IMG/VR virus record: IMGVR_UViG_3300025141_014981
Coordinates: 12,290-76,289 of that record
Direction: 5' to 3' (one strand)
Source of the DNA: a virus
DNA length: 64,000 bases
Shown: one piece after another, positions 33,103-44,470 of the stretch
Numbering within the stretch: position 1 is the stretch's first letter
Layout: each line of letters opens with the position of its first letter
Notes under the pieces: model-generated
The model's database searches: none
What the model was told of the DNA's origin: nothing
Seen by the model: only the letters and a program-made list of their open reading frames with translations
Position numbers and translations under genes: made by a program

Positions 33103-33652
33103 CATTATATGAATTATAATGTTTTACTACACGTCGTAATACTTCTGCTTCTACTCTAACGTCTTCTAATGCATCATGTGCATTGATCCTTTTTATCCCA
33201 AAGTGTTCACATACAAAGTCTAATCCATGTGTCCGCTCTTTAGGTAATTCTATATTATTTATGGCGAAATAAGGATATGTAAAGCTCCATAATTCTAGAG
33301 CTTTATGTGTGTTCCCTATACCACTCTGTGTAAACTTTCTTATCACTTCAACATCAAATATATTCCATGATGAAAGTCGTAAGAAATTTAGATCAAATAG
33401 TGACTCAAATTCTTTAAAGACTAAGTTATGATCATATCCAGCTTTGATCAAAAAATTCCTATCAAAGCCATGGACTGCTGCTGCCTTGTCAAACCAGTCA
33501 TCAGTATAAGGTTTGATAAGCTTTACATACTCTTCTTTAGTTTCTAATGTATCTTTATCAAGAAGAGCTGCACCAATTTGTAATGGGTTACACACACTAG
33601 GGTTATTTGAGCTCATTTCTAAGTCAACAAGTAATATATCACTATGAAACAT
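33092..33652 (-). CDS. DEDDh 3'-5' exonuclease (DnaQ-like)
   Basis: VDLE, WNIFD, HDALED. Confidence 0.85.
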   Translation of the reverse strand: MFHSDILLVDLEMSSNNPSVCNPLQIGAALLDKDTLETKEEYVKLIKPYTDDWFDKAAAVHGFDRNFLIKAGYDHNLVFKEFESLFDLNFLRLSSWNIFDVEVIRKFTQSGIGNTHKALELWSFTYPYFAINNIELPKERTHGLDFVCEHFGIKRINAHDALEDVRVEAEVLRRVVKHYNSYNVKH

Positions 33653-34362
33653 TTAATTACTTTGCTTGCTTGCAAGCTTCTGCTTAGCATGTCTTTGCAA
33701 GTGCCCAACTACAATTTGCTTGATAGCTTTGAATTGTGCTTCTGTCATATCTGGTATTTTTTCTTGAATATTTAACTTCAATAATTCTTCCATTGAATCT
33801 GGTGAATTAATAATTGTCTCATCAAGCATTGCTACACTTGCAACATCAACAAGCTTATCAAAGGATACTTCAAGAAGCTGCTCTGCTAAGCCTTCATCCC
33901 AATCACATACTTCAATTAACTCTGTATAATTAGAGAGTAAAAGTGCTTCATCGGCAAAAAAATCATCATCTACTTTAAGTGGTTTTCTTTTTGGGTCGTC
34001 CACGTTTTTTCTTTTTGGGTCGCTCATCTTCTTTCTCTTTATCTTGTTTTATACGCTTTTCTATAGCAAGCACTTTTAACCAATCTTCATCATTCTTCAT
34101 GTCAACTTCTGCAAATGAACATGATGTACCATAACGCATATAATCAATAGTCAACTTTTCATTATCACCCTCATTGATGACTTTTACAAGTTTACACATT
34201 ACTATACCACTTTCATCACGCTTAATAGGTATCAAAAAACGTATACCTAGATCTTTTCTATCTAGATAGCGACCCTCTTTATAAACTTGCCAAAGTTCAA
34301 CATCTTCTGTCTGTATAGTTATTATATTTTTTTTAGCCATAATGTTCTATGTATGCAGTTCG

Positions 34363-34698
34363 CTATCCATTATTTAATAATTTTTGCAATTGAACCCATA
34401 TATTTGGTCCATCTCCAGATACTATATTGACCATCTTTCGTAACCATTGTGGTGTTTCTGATACTTCTATATATTTTGTTCTTTTTTTACTTATTACCGT
34501 ATTTGCTTCTCGCAAACTAGGAATATTAAAGAATTGTGCAGTACCCTTACTGCCATACCCTGGTATTCTACCATATGCAGATTTATATTTGTATGTTTGC
34601 TCACTATCTTTGAATACAAGATAATATTTGTGTGCATTCTTTACACTATTATGACACTCACCATAAAATTTAATTTCGTCTTCTTTTATCTCAGTCAT
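34363..34698 (-). CDS. WGR-like domain protein
   Basis: HKYY....YGRI..G pattern. Confidence 0.5.
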   Translation of the reverse strand: MTEIKEDEIKFYGECHNSVKNAHKYYLVFKDSEQTYKYKSAYGRIPGYGSKGTAQFFNIPSLREANTVISKKRTKYIEVSETPQWLRKMVNIVSGDGPNIWVQLQKLLNNG

Positions 34699-35310
34699 TA
34701 TTATAGTGATATTTAGATGTTAACCTGTCAGCCGTCGACCACCCCTTATTATATACAAACTTGATAGGGTTGCTAGCTTTGCCTGATGTAACAGCCTTAT
34801 CTGTGATAAGCAATTTAATATCTTTCTTTATCAAATTTGGGATGACTGATTTGGTTGTTGGGATAAGTGATATATGTCGTTTGACTTCTTTAGTATTAAT
34901 TGAATTAAATAGATCAGCAAATCCTTTTCCTGCAAAGTATTTATGATTCCAAACATGTAAACCATGCTGTTCGGTATCAATAGTACGTAAACCAGGTACA
35001 AACATAATTGCCAGCATATATTGATAATACTTCAATCTAGCATCTGAATTACCGCATATGATTTTATCTACTTTAGAGTTACGTCGTCTCTTACAGATAT
35101 CTAATTCTATCGACGCTAAAAGCTTTGCATATTTTGCAAATGTTTTTGACTTTCTATTTTTCCACACGATATTATGTATGTCAAGAATATCTTCTGTACG
35201 GAGAGCCATAAACCAGAGCGGATTTTTCATAACCCAATTAGGATCTGCTATCTTTGTTGTCTTCAATGTTCTTGCAACAAGAAGTGCGCTATCAATATTA
35301 AAGCTCATAA

Positions 35311-36096
35311 TTAATCTGTCCAGATATGCTCAATGATTTTATCCATCTTATTGGCAATTGTTTGTTTGTCACCAAAATCAAGACCCTTGATACCGACTTT
35401 GCTTTGTTTTAGATAGGTATCTAATATTCCTAGAGTATTAGGGGGAATTGCATCACCAGCAGCATCTAATACACTAATACCAGCATCATGACATGTTCCC
35501 AGGTATTCTAATCTACGTGGTGTTACTTTTTCTCTATCTTCCTCTTTAAGATGACTCCACCAATTATAGACAAAATTCGCAGTGTCATCTTCCATCTTGG
35601 TTTTCAAGAAGTCAATACTCGGTGTTGGTGCCAACTCAACATGGACATGAAATCTATCTCTAAGTGCAGGATCTAAATCATCAACTTGATACTCTTCAGT
35701 TGGTGGATTGATTGCCGCCCAAACCATTCTTAATTTAGGTAGCTTGACACCATTGATTTGTTTAAATTGAATTAATTCAAGAATAGAGTTTCTAACTTTT
35801 AGATGTGCTCTATTAAGTTCATCAAAGAATAAAAATTCCATGTCAAAGATATCATTTCTTTGAGCAAACTTAAGTCGCCCTGTATCTTTATCAGGATATG
35901 GTACACCAACAAGATCAATATAAGGATCCATTGTTGCTGCACTCCAATAACCTAAGTTAAGCTTTAACTCTTGTGCAATTTCTTGTACCATGTATGTTTT
36001 ACCAATACCATGTGTACCAACAATAATTGCATTAAAGTTGCCCTTTGCTGTCTTGATTAAAAGATTTTTTGTAGCGTCGTAATCTAATCTTTGCAT
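35311..36096 (-). CDS. MoxR-like AAA ATPase
   Basis: GTHGIGKT, FFDELNRA, AAINP, LDPALRDRF. Confidence 0.85.
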   Translation of the reverse strand: MQRLDYDATKNLLIKTAKGNFNAIIVGTHGIGKTYMVQEIAQELKLNLGYWSAATMDPYIDLVGVPYPDKDTGRLKFAQRNDIFDMEFLFFDELNRAHLKVRNSILELIQFKQINGVKLPKLRMVWAAINPPTEEYQVDDLDPALRDRFHVHVELAPTPSIDFLKTKMEDDTANFVYNWWSHLKEEDREKVTPRRLEYLGTCHDAGISVLDAAGDAIPPNTLGILDTYLKQSKVGIKGLDFGDKQTIANKMDKIIEHIWTD

Positions 36097-36137
36097 TCTT
36101 TACCTAAATTTGTTAATGAAAACAATCTGTTATATAT

Positions 36138-36166
36138 ATTATATAACATTAATTATTAATGTTTCA
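36138..36166 (-). promoter_or_regulatory. TGAAAC-N17-TATAAT promoter motif
   Basis: Exact motif and spacing. Confidence 0.7.
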
Positions 36167-37846
36167 GACATTGCCAAGAATTTTAGCGAACTTTGTAAAG
36201 CCAAAAAATCTTGCTTTATTCCATTCAATGTCTTTACATGGTGAATTATTCCATGCGTTAATTAACTTGTCAACATCAACGGCACCATCATTTTTCTCAT
36301 AATAAGGGCACCGAATGACGAAGTTCCAATTTTGCGGGTCATTTACTTTATAGCGCCAATATGAGCCACCATCAGTAATTACAACAACCCTATCTGGATC
36401 ATAATTGCTTTCTTTGATCCAGTCACAAATTGAGCTAAACTCAGTACCATAACCAACATGGCCATGTTTAATTTCTTTAGTCTTACTATCAAGTGTAACT
36501 TCTGCACACCTATTTGCAAATGCAACAGTCTTTACATCAAACATATTTCTTGGGATCCCACGATAACAAGCAAAGAATAATTTTTTATCTGCAGCCGATA
36601 CTGATCCTGAAACATCAAGTGCAACAAGGATCTTTAATTGTGGCTCCCCTTCTTCATGAGGAAGCCTGTAAAGTGAATCATAACCCATTAACACTGTTGG
36701 TTGTCGGCGCCATGTGAACTTTTGTTTTTCTTTTTTTGCTCTACCATCTTCTAAAATGGCGCGCCAATTGGCTCTAACATTAGACAATTTGTCAATGTCA
36801 AAGATTGCGCCGGCACCAACAATATGATCCGCAGTTTGATGAAAGTCAGGTTTGCTCTCTGTCTCGGATCCTGATTCTATTTGTGAATCAGTGTATGAGT
36901 CAGTATCAGAGGTACGAATTTCATCATCTTCTTCTTGTTCTTTACTATCACTGTCACCACTTTCTGCATCTGTTTGATTACCAGCTTTATCATTTAATTT
37001 GTCTTTAAACTCTTTAGATACATTTTTGTCAATCCAATCACTGGCAGCTTCATGATCTACGTTTTTCCAGTTACCATGATCATCAACCATTTCTCCGCCC
37101 ATGCCATTATGTGCATTTGGACATGTTGATTCACCACTCTCACCGTCTTGACCACTACTATGTGTGCAACCTTCACCCCCATCACACTCCCCACCCTCAC
37201 TATCATCATTACCTGGTGCTTGGTCCTGCTCTTCGAAACGCTCAAGTGTCCACTTAAACACCTCCCTTAGCGATTTATCAGAGCAATCAATTCCATCACA
37301 CCCTTTAAGGGTTCTGCAACCAAGGCCCTTGCAAGCTTTACATTCCTTTCCTTTACATATGTCTAATAAGTCACCACACCCATATCCATTACAATTGTCA
37401 CAAAAATATTTTTTACCATAAAACCATGGTCCTTCTGGATAGTTTTCTTCATGTAACCAATCATTAATGATACAATCTGCAGCAACATTGAATGCGCGCC
37501 ACTTCTCTTTATATTCTTCGTTTGACTTTAGTCGTACAAGATGTTCAAGCACCATATGTGAAGTTTCGTGTGCAATTACAAATGCAACCTCTTCATCATT
37601 CAGCCTATCAAAGAAATCTGGATTGAATTTAAATACTGGCTTTACAAGCTTTGGCATAAAACCAACACATGCTGTTGGTATTCTTTTATCCCATTGCACG
37701 CTTAATACATTTACACTTCGTAATGCTAGTACAATTTGTCGATCTGCAAATGTATTCCAGATCTTAACTAAGCGTTGCATGCGTGCATTACGCTCTGCCT
37801 TTAATTGTTTTGCAGTTTTATCTTGTTTCTTAGACATGTTATCCAA
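36164..37846 (-). CDS. HExxH metallopeptidase-like + vWA protein (DUF2201-type)
   Basis: IPTACV, FVIAHETSH, NVAADCIIND; DVSGS, GTEF, ITDG MIDAS. Confidence 0.85.
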   Translation of the reverse strand: MDNMSKKQDKTAKQLKAERNARMQRLVKIWNTFADRQIVLALRSVNVLSVQWDKRIPTACVGFMPKLVKPVFKFNPDFFDRLNDEEVAFVIAHETSHMVLEHLVRLKSNEEYKEKWRAFNVAADCIINDWLHEENYPEGPWFYGKKYFCDNCNGYGCGDLLDICKGKECKACKGLGCRTLKGCDGIDCSDKSLREVFKWTLERFEEQDQAPGNDDSEGGECDGGEGCTHSSGQDGESGESTCPNAHNGMGGEMVDDHGNWKNVDHEAASDWIDKNVSKEFKDKLNDKAGNQTDAESGDSDSKEQEEDDEIRTSDTDSYTDSQIESGSETESKPDFHQTADHIVGAGAIFDIDKLSNVRANWRAILEDGRAKKEKQKFTWRRQPTVLMGYDSLYRLPHEEGEPQLKILVALDVSGSVSAADKKLFFACYRGIPRNMFDVKTVAFANRCAEVTLDSKTKEIKHGHVGYGTEFSSICDWIKESNYDPDRVVVITDGGSYWRYKVNDPQNWNFVIRCPYYEKNDGAVDVDKLINAWNNSPCKDIEWNKARFFGFTKFAKILGNV

Positions 37847-37872
37847 AGTATATAATTCCTCTGTATAGATAA

Positions 37873-37901
37873 ATTATATATTATTTTTAATTCTTGTTTC
37901 A
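37873..37901 (-). promoter_or_regulatory. TGAAAC-N17-TATAAT promoter motif
   Basis: Exact motif and spacing. Confidence 0.7.
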
Positions 37902-37916
37902 GATACAGATAAAATG

Positions 37917-38657
37917 TTATTTGACTTTATTCTTGATTTGTTCAATATCTTGATCTGTGATTTCAAGATCTTCAATATCTGCTGGGTTGATTCCAAATCG
38001 CATATGAACAATATTTGCTTCACGCTCTGATAGCTTATTTATAGCTTTTTGTGTTACACTTGTTAGGTCTTTGAATATAACAGTATCTTCTGGCGAAGAA
38101 GCCTTTGTGTCTTCAACAATATCCATGATATCACGACCCTCCGTACCTATAGGCAATTCAAGTGAAATAGTATTTTTTGGCATAGTCATTATCTTATTAT
38201 AATCACTAATTGATATATCTATTTCGCCACTCACTTCCTCAGGTGTTGGATCTCTCCCAAGTACAGATCTCAATTTATCAGTAGTCTTAACTATTTTACT
38301 TTGTAACAACGTTGCATACACAGGTCGTCTTATGGTTCTTGACTTATCAGCAATAGCACGAGTAATTCCCTGCCTAATCCACCAAACAACATATGTGCTT
38401 AATTTGAAGCCATATCTGTAATTGAACTTTTCAATACCACGAATAAGCCCTATAGTACCTTCTTGAATTAAATCATCAAGTGTCAATGAGTTACATTTAT
38501 ACTTTTTTGCAACAGATACAACAAGACGAAGATTTGCAGTGATCATTTGCTCTTTTGCTTTTTCATCACCAGCTTCTATTCGTTTTGCTAATTCAACTTC
38601 TTGCTTTTTTGTTAAAAGAGGAACCTTTGAAATTTCTTTAAAGTAATGCTCTAGCAT
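37917..38657 (-). CDS. RpoD-like sigma70 factor lacking region 4.2
   Basis: [41 protein letters not shown], then an unrelated acidic tail. Confidence 0.88.
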   Translation of the reverse strand: MLEHYFKEISKVPLLTKKQEVELAKRIEAGDEKAKEQMITANLRLVVSVAKKYKCNSLTLDDLIQEGTIGLIRGIEKFNYRYGFKLSTYVVWWIRQGITRAIADKSRTIRRPVYATLLQSKIVKTTDKLRSVLGRDPTPEEVSGEIDISISDYNKIMTMPKNTISLELPIGTEGRDIMDIVEDTKASSPEDTVIFKDLTSVTQKAINKLSEREANIVHMRFGINPADIEDLEITDQDIEQIKNKVK

Positions 38658-39150
38658 AATAGTCCTTCGGGTCTAGCCCTATGTTTTTCCCAATCATATA
38701 GATATCAGAGAGTTTGAGTTTATTCTCACGACTTGCTATATTCATGGTCATATATGTACCTGAGTAGGCTTTTTTTCCTGTCCAGAAAGCAATTAGGCTA
38801 GTTCCATTACGAATCATGGCCTCATTTCTATCACGATATGTTGTTCCCTTTTCAAGTTTTATTATATGTGTAGCATATTCATGTACATCTTTTGGTACTT
38901 TACTTAGGTTACTTGGCAGGATTGCTATATGCTTTGTGTCTGGAAAATATTTTGTAATCATTTGGGCTACAAAATAATCAACCCCAATACAACCACCAGT
39001 GATGAACCCATCAGGTTCAACCATGTTAGAGATAACAAATTCAATTAAAGATTTATCTTCTTTAGAAATAATTTGTGAACCAGTAAATGCAACTATACTA
39101 GTTCCAGACAATAGTGTTCTCACTATTATGCAACAATAAAGCTTGCACAA
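38638..39150 (-). CDS. SLOG/DprA-like Rossmann-fold protein
   Basis: [22 protein letters not shown]...SGTYMT. Confidence 0.7.
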   Translation of the reverse strand: MCKLYCCIIVRTLLSGTSIVAFTGSQIISKEDKSLIEFVISNMVEPDGFITGGCIGVDYFVAQMITKYFPDTKHIAILPSNLSKVPKDVHEYATHIIKLEKGTTYRDRNEAMIRNGTSLIAFWTGKKAYSGTYMTMNIASRENKLKLSDIYMIGKNIGLDPKDYYARALL

Positions 39151-39494
39151 CGACTACCAAGCCATCATTTACAAATTCTTCACCATGCTCTTCTTCTATT
39201 GATTTAATATCATTAAGTGTAGAGATTAGTGTGAGTGTGCCTAAAATGTTATTAATTGTGTTAACAATGCTTTCAGGTTTAGTTGCCATTTTCGTCTTTA
39301 TATTCTTGAAGCAATGAATCTATGATGCTTTCATCTTCATTATCAATTAAGTCATGTTCATTGGACACCTCATGAAAGCCATAAAGTGCTAACTCATCAC
39401 CGTCATTGTCCGAGTATACCCAATCATTTTCTTGATCATGAAATATTTCACGTTCATGAAACTTTTTACCTATCATTAATTTACCTTTATTTAT

Positions 39495-39523
39495 ATTGTA
39501 TCATTAGTTTTCTAAATGTTTCA
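39495..39523 (-). promoter_or_regulatory. TGAAAC-N17-TACAAT promoter motif
   Basis: One -10 mismatch, extended TG. Confidence 0.65.
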
Positions 39524-40134
39524 GAAAATTGGCTTTAAATTTGTCACTAAATACAATACCTTTATCTTCTAATTCTGAGAGACGCTTTAGTAAAAAGATA
39601 TCTAATTCACTTTTACCAACAATAAACTCAATTGGAACTCTAGATCTAGATCGTTTAACAAAGACATCTGCTTCAGTAAATACGATACCGGTATCTTTGT
39701 GCTCAGCACTTAGATGATATGCTGGATTATTATTTATTTCAATTGCTTTTTTCGAAAATGCATCTTGAAGATCTAGTAGAAGCTTATAGTTTTCTTTAGT
39801 TAATAACTTGTCACTCATCTGTCAATAATTGCTATTTGTGTGAATGGGCCCAAAAAGTTAGATAATATGAATTCAATTCTAGTGTTATTGCGCTTCCAAT
39901 GCGTCAATGATCCCTTAGTAAATCCAGGTTCAGATGCTTCATCTCTATGATAACCATTCTCTCTAATAATCTTTAAGATTGCACGCGTATGCCCATGTCC
40001 CTCTAGTTGAAAGTTTGATTTAGCTCCATCTAAGATTGATGCATAAATCAAAGCATGATTGTTATTCTCTTTTGCCCAATCTGGAGCATCAAGCACTTTA
40101 TCTAATTTTTCAAATATATTCATATCATCTCTAG

Positions 40135-40207
40135 TGCGCACACGTAGACTTGAACTACGAGTTTCCGGTCATCAGCCGGAGGTTTTAACCAATTAAACTA
40201 TGCGCGC
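40135..40207 (-). tRNA. tRNA-Ile(GAU)
   Basis: GCGCGCA/TGTGCGC acceptor, TCCGG-CTGATGA-CCGGA, CGTAG-TTCAAGT-CTACG; followed by CTA. Confidence 0.9.
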
Positions 40208-40660
40208 TTAATTAATCTAAGATTACTTTAATCTTAGGATTTGTGAATTCCCATAGGTGCCAAATTTGTGATCTAGCACCATTTTCCCAAAGTATACCAA
40301 TGTCTAAACCATCTCTACCATCTTCTACTGAAAGTATCTCTCCTGGTGTTCCTTTGACGGATATCAACTTCATTCCAACTTTGATATCCTGTTCATTCAT
40401 ATTACCAAGGAGTATTGTCTTAGTCATTCATTTCACTTATTGTCTTTTGAATTGAAGCGGCTTGCTTTCTAATCCAGCGCATGTATAGTAAAGCTTTGTC
40501 ATCAGGAAGCATAGTCGCAATACCAATATCCTCAATTGGTACCGGAAATACAAAGTTGTCCTCACGGACTTCATACCATAGTGCTCTATCTCTATAGAAC
40601 TTAAAATAAACTCTTTTATTCTTTACGAGGTCTTTTACAGATAAATTGAACATAATATTT

Positions 40661-40689
40661 ATTATATCATTATTTAATGAAATGTTTCA
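40661..40689 (-). promoter_or_regulatory. TGAAAC-N17-TATAAT promoter motif
   Basis: Exact, extended TG. Confidence 0.75.
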
Positions 40690-40970
40690 GATTATGAATT
40701 TAATTTGTGAATGAATTCTAAGTTCAATCGTCGTGCCATCTTTTTTGCAACACGCTCTTCAAGGTTTGCCGTAGCCCAACTATCATAAGGTTTATTAGTT
40801 TTCCTATTAATCACGGCCCAACTAAATTTTCCTTCCCTACCTATGCGCTTAGCAACAAAGCGTATATCTAAATATATGATATTATTGGCACTATTGTCTT
40901 TTTCAGAGCCACCATCACCAAGTTGCTTTTTTACGCTCTTCACGTATATAAGTATTAAAAACTGAGTATG

Positions 40971-41513
40971 TTACTCATCAAAATCTTCTTCTGTGATAAA
41001 TTCTACACAAATTGATTCTAGCTTGCCATCATTGTCACGTGTAATTGTGCAATCATATGCACCATCACCAAATCCAGTACTACTACATGCTGCAACTTGC
41101 TTATCATCGATGCTATAAATTCCAGCTTGCTTTACTGTATTTGTTGAGTATGTTGCATTACAAGCATCATTATAAAGCCCCGACCCACCATAGTCACCCT
41201 CATGGATATAACATGGATCTGAAATTACTAATGCTTGCTCTTCGTTATCAATTTTGACTTTACCTACAAAGTCTACATCAACAGGTTTTGGTAGGTCATC
41301 ACGTTGTAATATGAAATGACTTACACGAATACCCCAGCTACCTGAATCAACTTCCCGTACAAAGCTATTATATTCATTGTTCAATCCCTTGACAAGACCG
41401 ATTCCGTTACCTGGCTTTGCAAAGCCAGATCCCTCTTTTGCACCACTGTATTGTGGAATAAATGCCACTTGCCCTGAGTCAACCCAAACTTCAAATGTTT
41501 CTTGCTTATTCAT
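40971..41513 (-). CDS. DUF4241-like protein
   Basis: VDSGQ, ISDPCY, STGFGDGAY. Confidence 0.5.
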   Translation of the reverse strand: MNKQETFEVWVDSGQVAFIPQYSGAKEGSGFAKPGNGIGLVKGLNNEYNSFVREVDSGSWGIRVSHFILQRDDLPKPVDVDFVGKVKIDNEEQALVISDPCYIHEGDYGGSGLYNDACNATYSTNTVKQAGIYSIDDKQVAACSSTGFGDGAYDCTITRDNDGKLESICVEFITEEDFDE

Positions 41514-42645
41514 TTTCTCTTCCTTTGTCTTCTTGAACTCTTTCTTCTAAGATATCACACCATTGTGATGTTTGCATTTCTGTTCCAGTTGGAACCATAT
41601 TCAAAAACGCTGATGCATTTATTACATAAGATGAATAAAAGTCATGACGCCGTGGCTCGAACCGCTCGAGCTGAAGACACGCATATTTCGCATTTGCATT
41701 TTTTATATAAGTGTATGCTTGTTCTTTTTTTATTTGTATAACATCTGTAGGTACTATAAGTTTACCTATGCTTTCAATAAATGAGTGGTTTTTTGAAATT
41801 GAATAGCCCCACGTATTAATTCCGCTTGATTGAAGCTTTGTATCAAAAGTTTTTTGATCAATTTCTGAGTTGTGTAATTCAAGCCATAACCCATGATTTT
41901 TTTGTGTACGTGAATAATACTTTGAGGGTTTTATTAATCTGTTGTTTACTCCCCATGCCCATGAACCTCTTTGATATTCATATGTTTCTTGTGTCTTCCC
42001 ATATACTTTGGTATCAACAAAACCAAGAAGTACCTTAGTTATTCCACTTTTTGTTCTGTATATCGTACCGACTTCTAATTCTGAATTGGGGATTTTCTTT
42101 TTCTTACCACGTATAGTTGTCTCTTTGAGTGCTTTATGTAATTCTGAATTAGCTCTAATTAGTTTCATTTGTGAACCAACTCTTGCCCAAAGAAATTCAC
42201 CGTTCAGCACACCACCAGGTTGTATTCCAACTCTAAGAATTGTGTCTAATAATACATCTTCTCTAAGGTCAAAATAGAATCCTTCATTGGTGACAACTTT
42301 ATATGCCCGCCCACCTTGTGAGTGTGTCTCAAGATTGACAATTTTCAATCCTACAAGTGGCTTGTTATCAACAGCCTTGATAACTGGTTCCTGTGTCGAT
42401 ACTTGTATACTTCGCTGAGCCTTTTCATCCCATTTATAAATTGCTTTTGTTGCCCAATGTTTGCCGGTCTCAATAGATTTATTATTTGTCGCACTTGTAC
42501 AAAATGCAGGAATTACTTCAACATCTTCATCAATTGGTACATCGATTCGATCCCACATATGTCGTTTGATTTTTTTCTTGCTACCTTCCCCATAGATATA
42601 GGCTAACTTAGTTGGAATGTCTTCAATACGTATATTACTTGCCAT
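41506..42645 (-). CDS. Hypothetical phage protein
   Basis: 379-aa ORF with GGGAG SD. Confidence 0.55.
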   Translation of the reverse strand: MASNIRIEDIPTKLAYIYGEGSKKKIKRHMWDRIDVPIDEDVEVIPAFCTSATNNKSIETGKHWATKAIYKWDEKAQRSIQVSTQEPVIKAVDNKPLVGLKIVNLETHSQGGRAYKVVTNEGFYFDLREDVLLDTILRVGIQPGGVLNGEFLWARVGSQMKLIRANSELHKALKETTIRGKKKKIPNSELEVGTIYRTKSGITKVLLGFVDTKVYGKTQETYEYQRGSWAWGVNNRLIKPSKYYSRTQKNHGLWLELHNSEIDQKTFDTKLQSSGINTWGYSISKNHSFIESIGKLIVPTDVIQIKKEQAYTYIKNANAKYACLQLERFEPRRHDFYSSYVINASAFLNMVPTGTEMQTSQWCDILEERVQEDKGRENE

Positions 42646-43064
42646 TGTTTTCTCCCTTTAAAGGATTTTTAATTTTATAGGTATTTACCCCTATAGAATG
42701 TTTCGCAGAATTTCTCGGGGCCTACGGCGGCCTCCCGATTATCTATTTACAAGGAATTATTCATCCTTAGATAACCTCAATGCCTACAACTTTATATTGC
42801 CCGTAACTAAGCAATTTTTCAAAATCAAATATTTGATAGTTGCTTCTTTGATACATGAATAACCAATCATCACATTTTATTACAAATGCTTTCTTGAAGA
42901 AAAGGGATGTTCCATCTTTGAAGACAAGTGACACACAATATTGAAAACGTATATCATCACCCCTTACTGTTTCATTGAACATGCGGGCTCTATGAGCCGC
43001 TTCAGGATAACTAATATCTATTGTTATTTCTTTTGGTGTAACTTGATCACGAATAATTTCTGTT

Positions 43065-43289
43065 TCATGTAGCATTTTTTATTATCGCCAATAATTCACG
43101 TGTACCAATGAGCACACATTTGTTTGTAATTTCTTCAATTCTCCGCTTAGGGATATCATAATGTGGAAATTTACCAGCATGATACCAACAACGTTTTATA
43201 TTTAATGACTTTGCCATCTTATGTAAGTTACCTACACCATAGGGTTTACAAATTAGATGTCGCTTATTGTCACATAGATATGTAAGCAT
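43065..43289 (-). CDS. DUF4031-like small protein
   Basis: LHKMA...I.R.W.H....PHYDI. Confidence 0.55.
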   Translation of the reverse strand: MLTYLCDNKRHLICKPYGVGNLHKMAKSLNIKRCWYHAGKFPHYDIPKRRIEEITNKCVLIGTRELLAIIKNAT

Positions 43290-43290
43290 G

Positions 43291-43866
43291 TTACAGCTTA
43301 CAGGTTTCTAATACCTTAGCAAGAACTTTTGCAATATTCTCTGCATCATCATGACCTCTATGATGTGTTCCTTTAAGGGGAATATCAAAGTGCTTCAATC
43401 CACCAAGCATACCACACTCTTGACCATTGTTGCAAAGCAATGCAAACAATGATTTCACATTCAAGTGGCGCGGCCCAAATGGGTAAAGTGAATCTTTGAA
43501 TGGATAGATCTTTTGTGTTCCCTCAAACATCTTACGATCATAGTCACCCCAGCTTGCCCACATTCTATTTTTAGTAAAATATTCTTGTTTCAAGATATCA
43601 ATCGCCTTAAGCATGCTAATGCCTGATCCAGTAATCATCTTAGGTGTCAATGTAGTTAACTCTGTACAGAATTTGCTTACTGTTGACTTGATTGGCTTCA
43701 CTAAGATGCTTTTCTTATCAGTGATTTCGAAATCATCTAAATGTAGACAGCAAATCCCTATTTCAATAATCTCACTTACTTGACCGCCCCCCTGACCACG
43801 TTCCCAACATGTGCTTTCAACATCAACAACATTTATTATTTTGTGTTGTCTTTTCTTTTTGCTCAT
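43291..43866 (-). CDS. ERI-1/KapD-like DEDDh exonuclease
   Basis: VDVESTCW, EIIEIG, SKFCTELT, SWGDYD, GTHHRGHDDA. Confidence 0.85.
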   Translation of the reverse strand: MSKKKRQHKIINVVDVESTCWERGQGGGQVSEIIEIGICCLHLDDFEITDKKSILVKPIKSTVSKFCTELTTLTPKMITGSGISMLKAIDILKQEYFTKNRMWASWGDYDRKMFEGTQKIYPFKDSLYPFGPRHLNVKSLFALLCNNGQECGMLGGLKHFDIPLKGTHHRGHDDAENIAKVLAKVLETCKL

Positions 43867-44348
43867 GATACTCTTGGTTTATTTAGGTGTGGGAAGCAAC
43901 GCTTACATCCAACATTTGCACATGCTGGCCCTTCACCTGCTTGATGATTATTTGTCTTTACACCCTGTGACCGCCGTGCTTTTAATCTTGAGCGCTTTGC
44001 AGATCTTGATTCTTTTCCGCCAGCCATTGATTCATATGCTGTTTTACGAATTTGATTTTTAGTTCGAGTCTTCAGCTTATTTTGTTGTGCTCGTCTTTTT
44101 CCTGCTTTACTCATTTGTATTGTCCGATATAATAATTTTATCTGATGTCCAAGTTTTTGGTGCTTTCTTCATTTTTACCACTGGTAAGTCATTATCTTTT
44201 ATTGCACCACACTCTTCACATGTCGGTGTTGGCGCTATAATCCCCCACCACATTTGTGGCACAGTGACATTCCCACCACAAATACTGCATTTGCCAATTG
44301 TCTTAGTGTTTACAAAGTTACTATTCATTAAATTTCTCCTAGTTTATT

Positions 44349-44377
44349 ATTATATACCAATGAAGAAATATGTTTCA
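44349..44377 (-). promoter_or_regulatory. TGAAAC-N17-TATAAT promoter motif
   Basis: Exact motif and spacing. Confidence 0.7.
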
Positions 44378-44386
44378 CATTTATAG

Positions 44387-44462
44387 TACCCATGGCACGA
44401 TTTGAACGCGCGACAACCTCGGTTCGTAGCCGAGTGCTCTAATTCCGCTGAGCTACATGGGC
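44387..44462 (-). tRNA. tRNA-Arg(ACG)
   Basis: GCCCATG/CATGGGT acceptor, CTCGG-CTACGAA-CCGAG; followed by CTA. Confidence 0.92.
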
Positions 44463-44470
44463 ATTAATAA

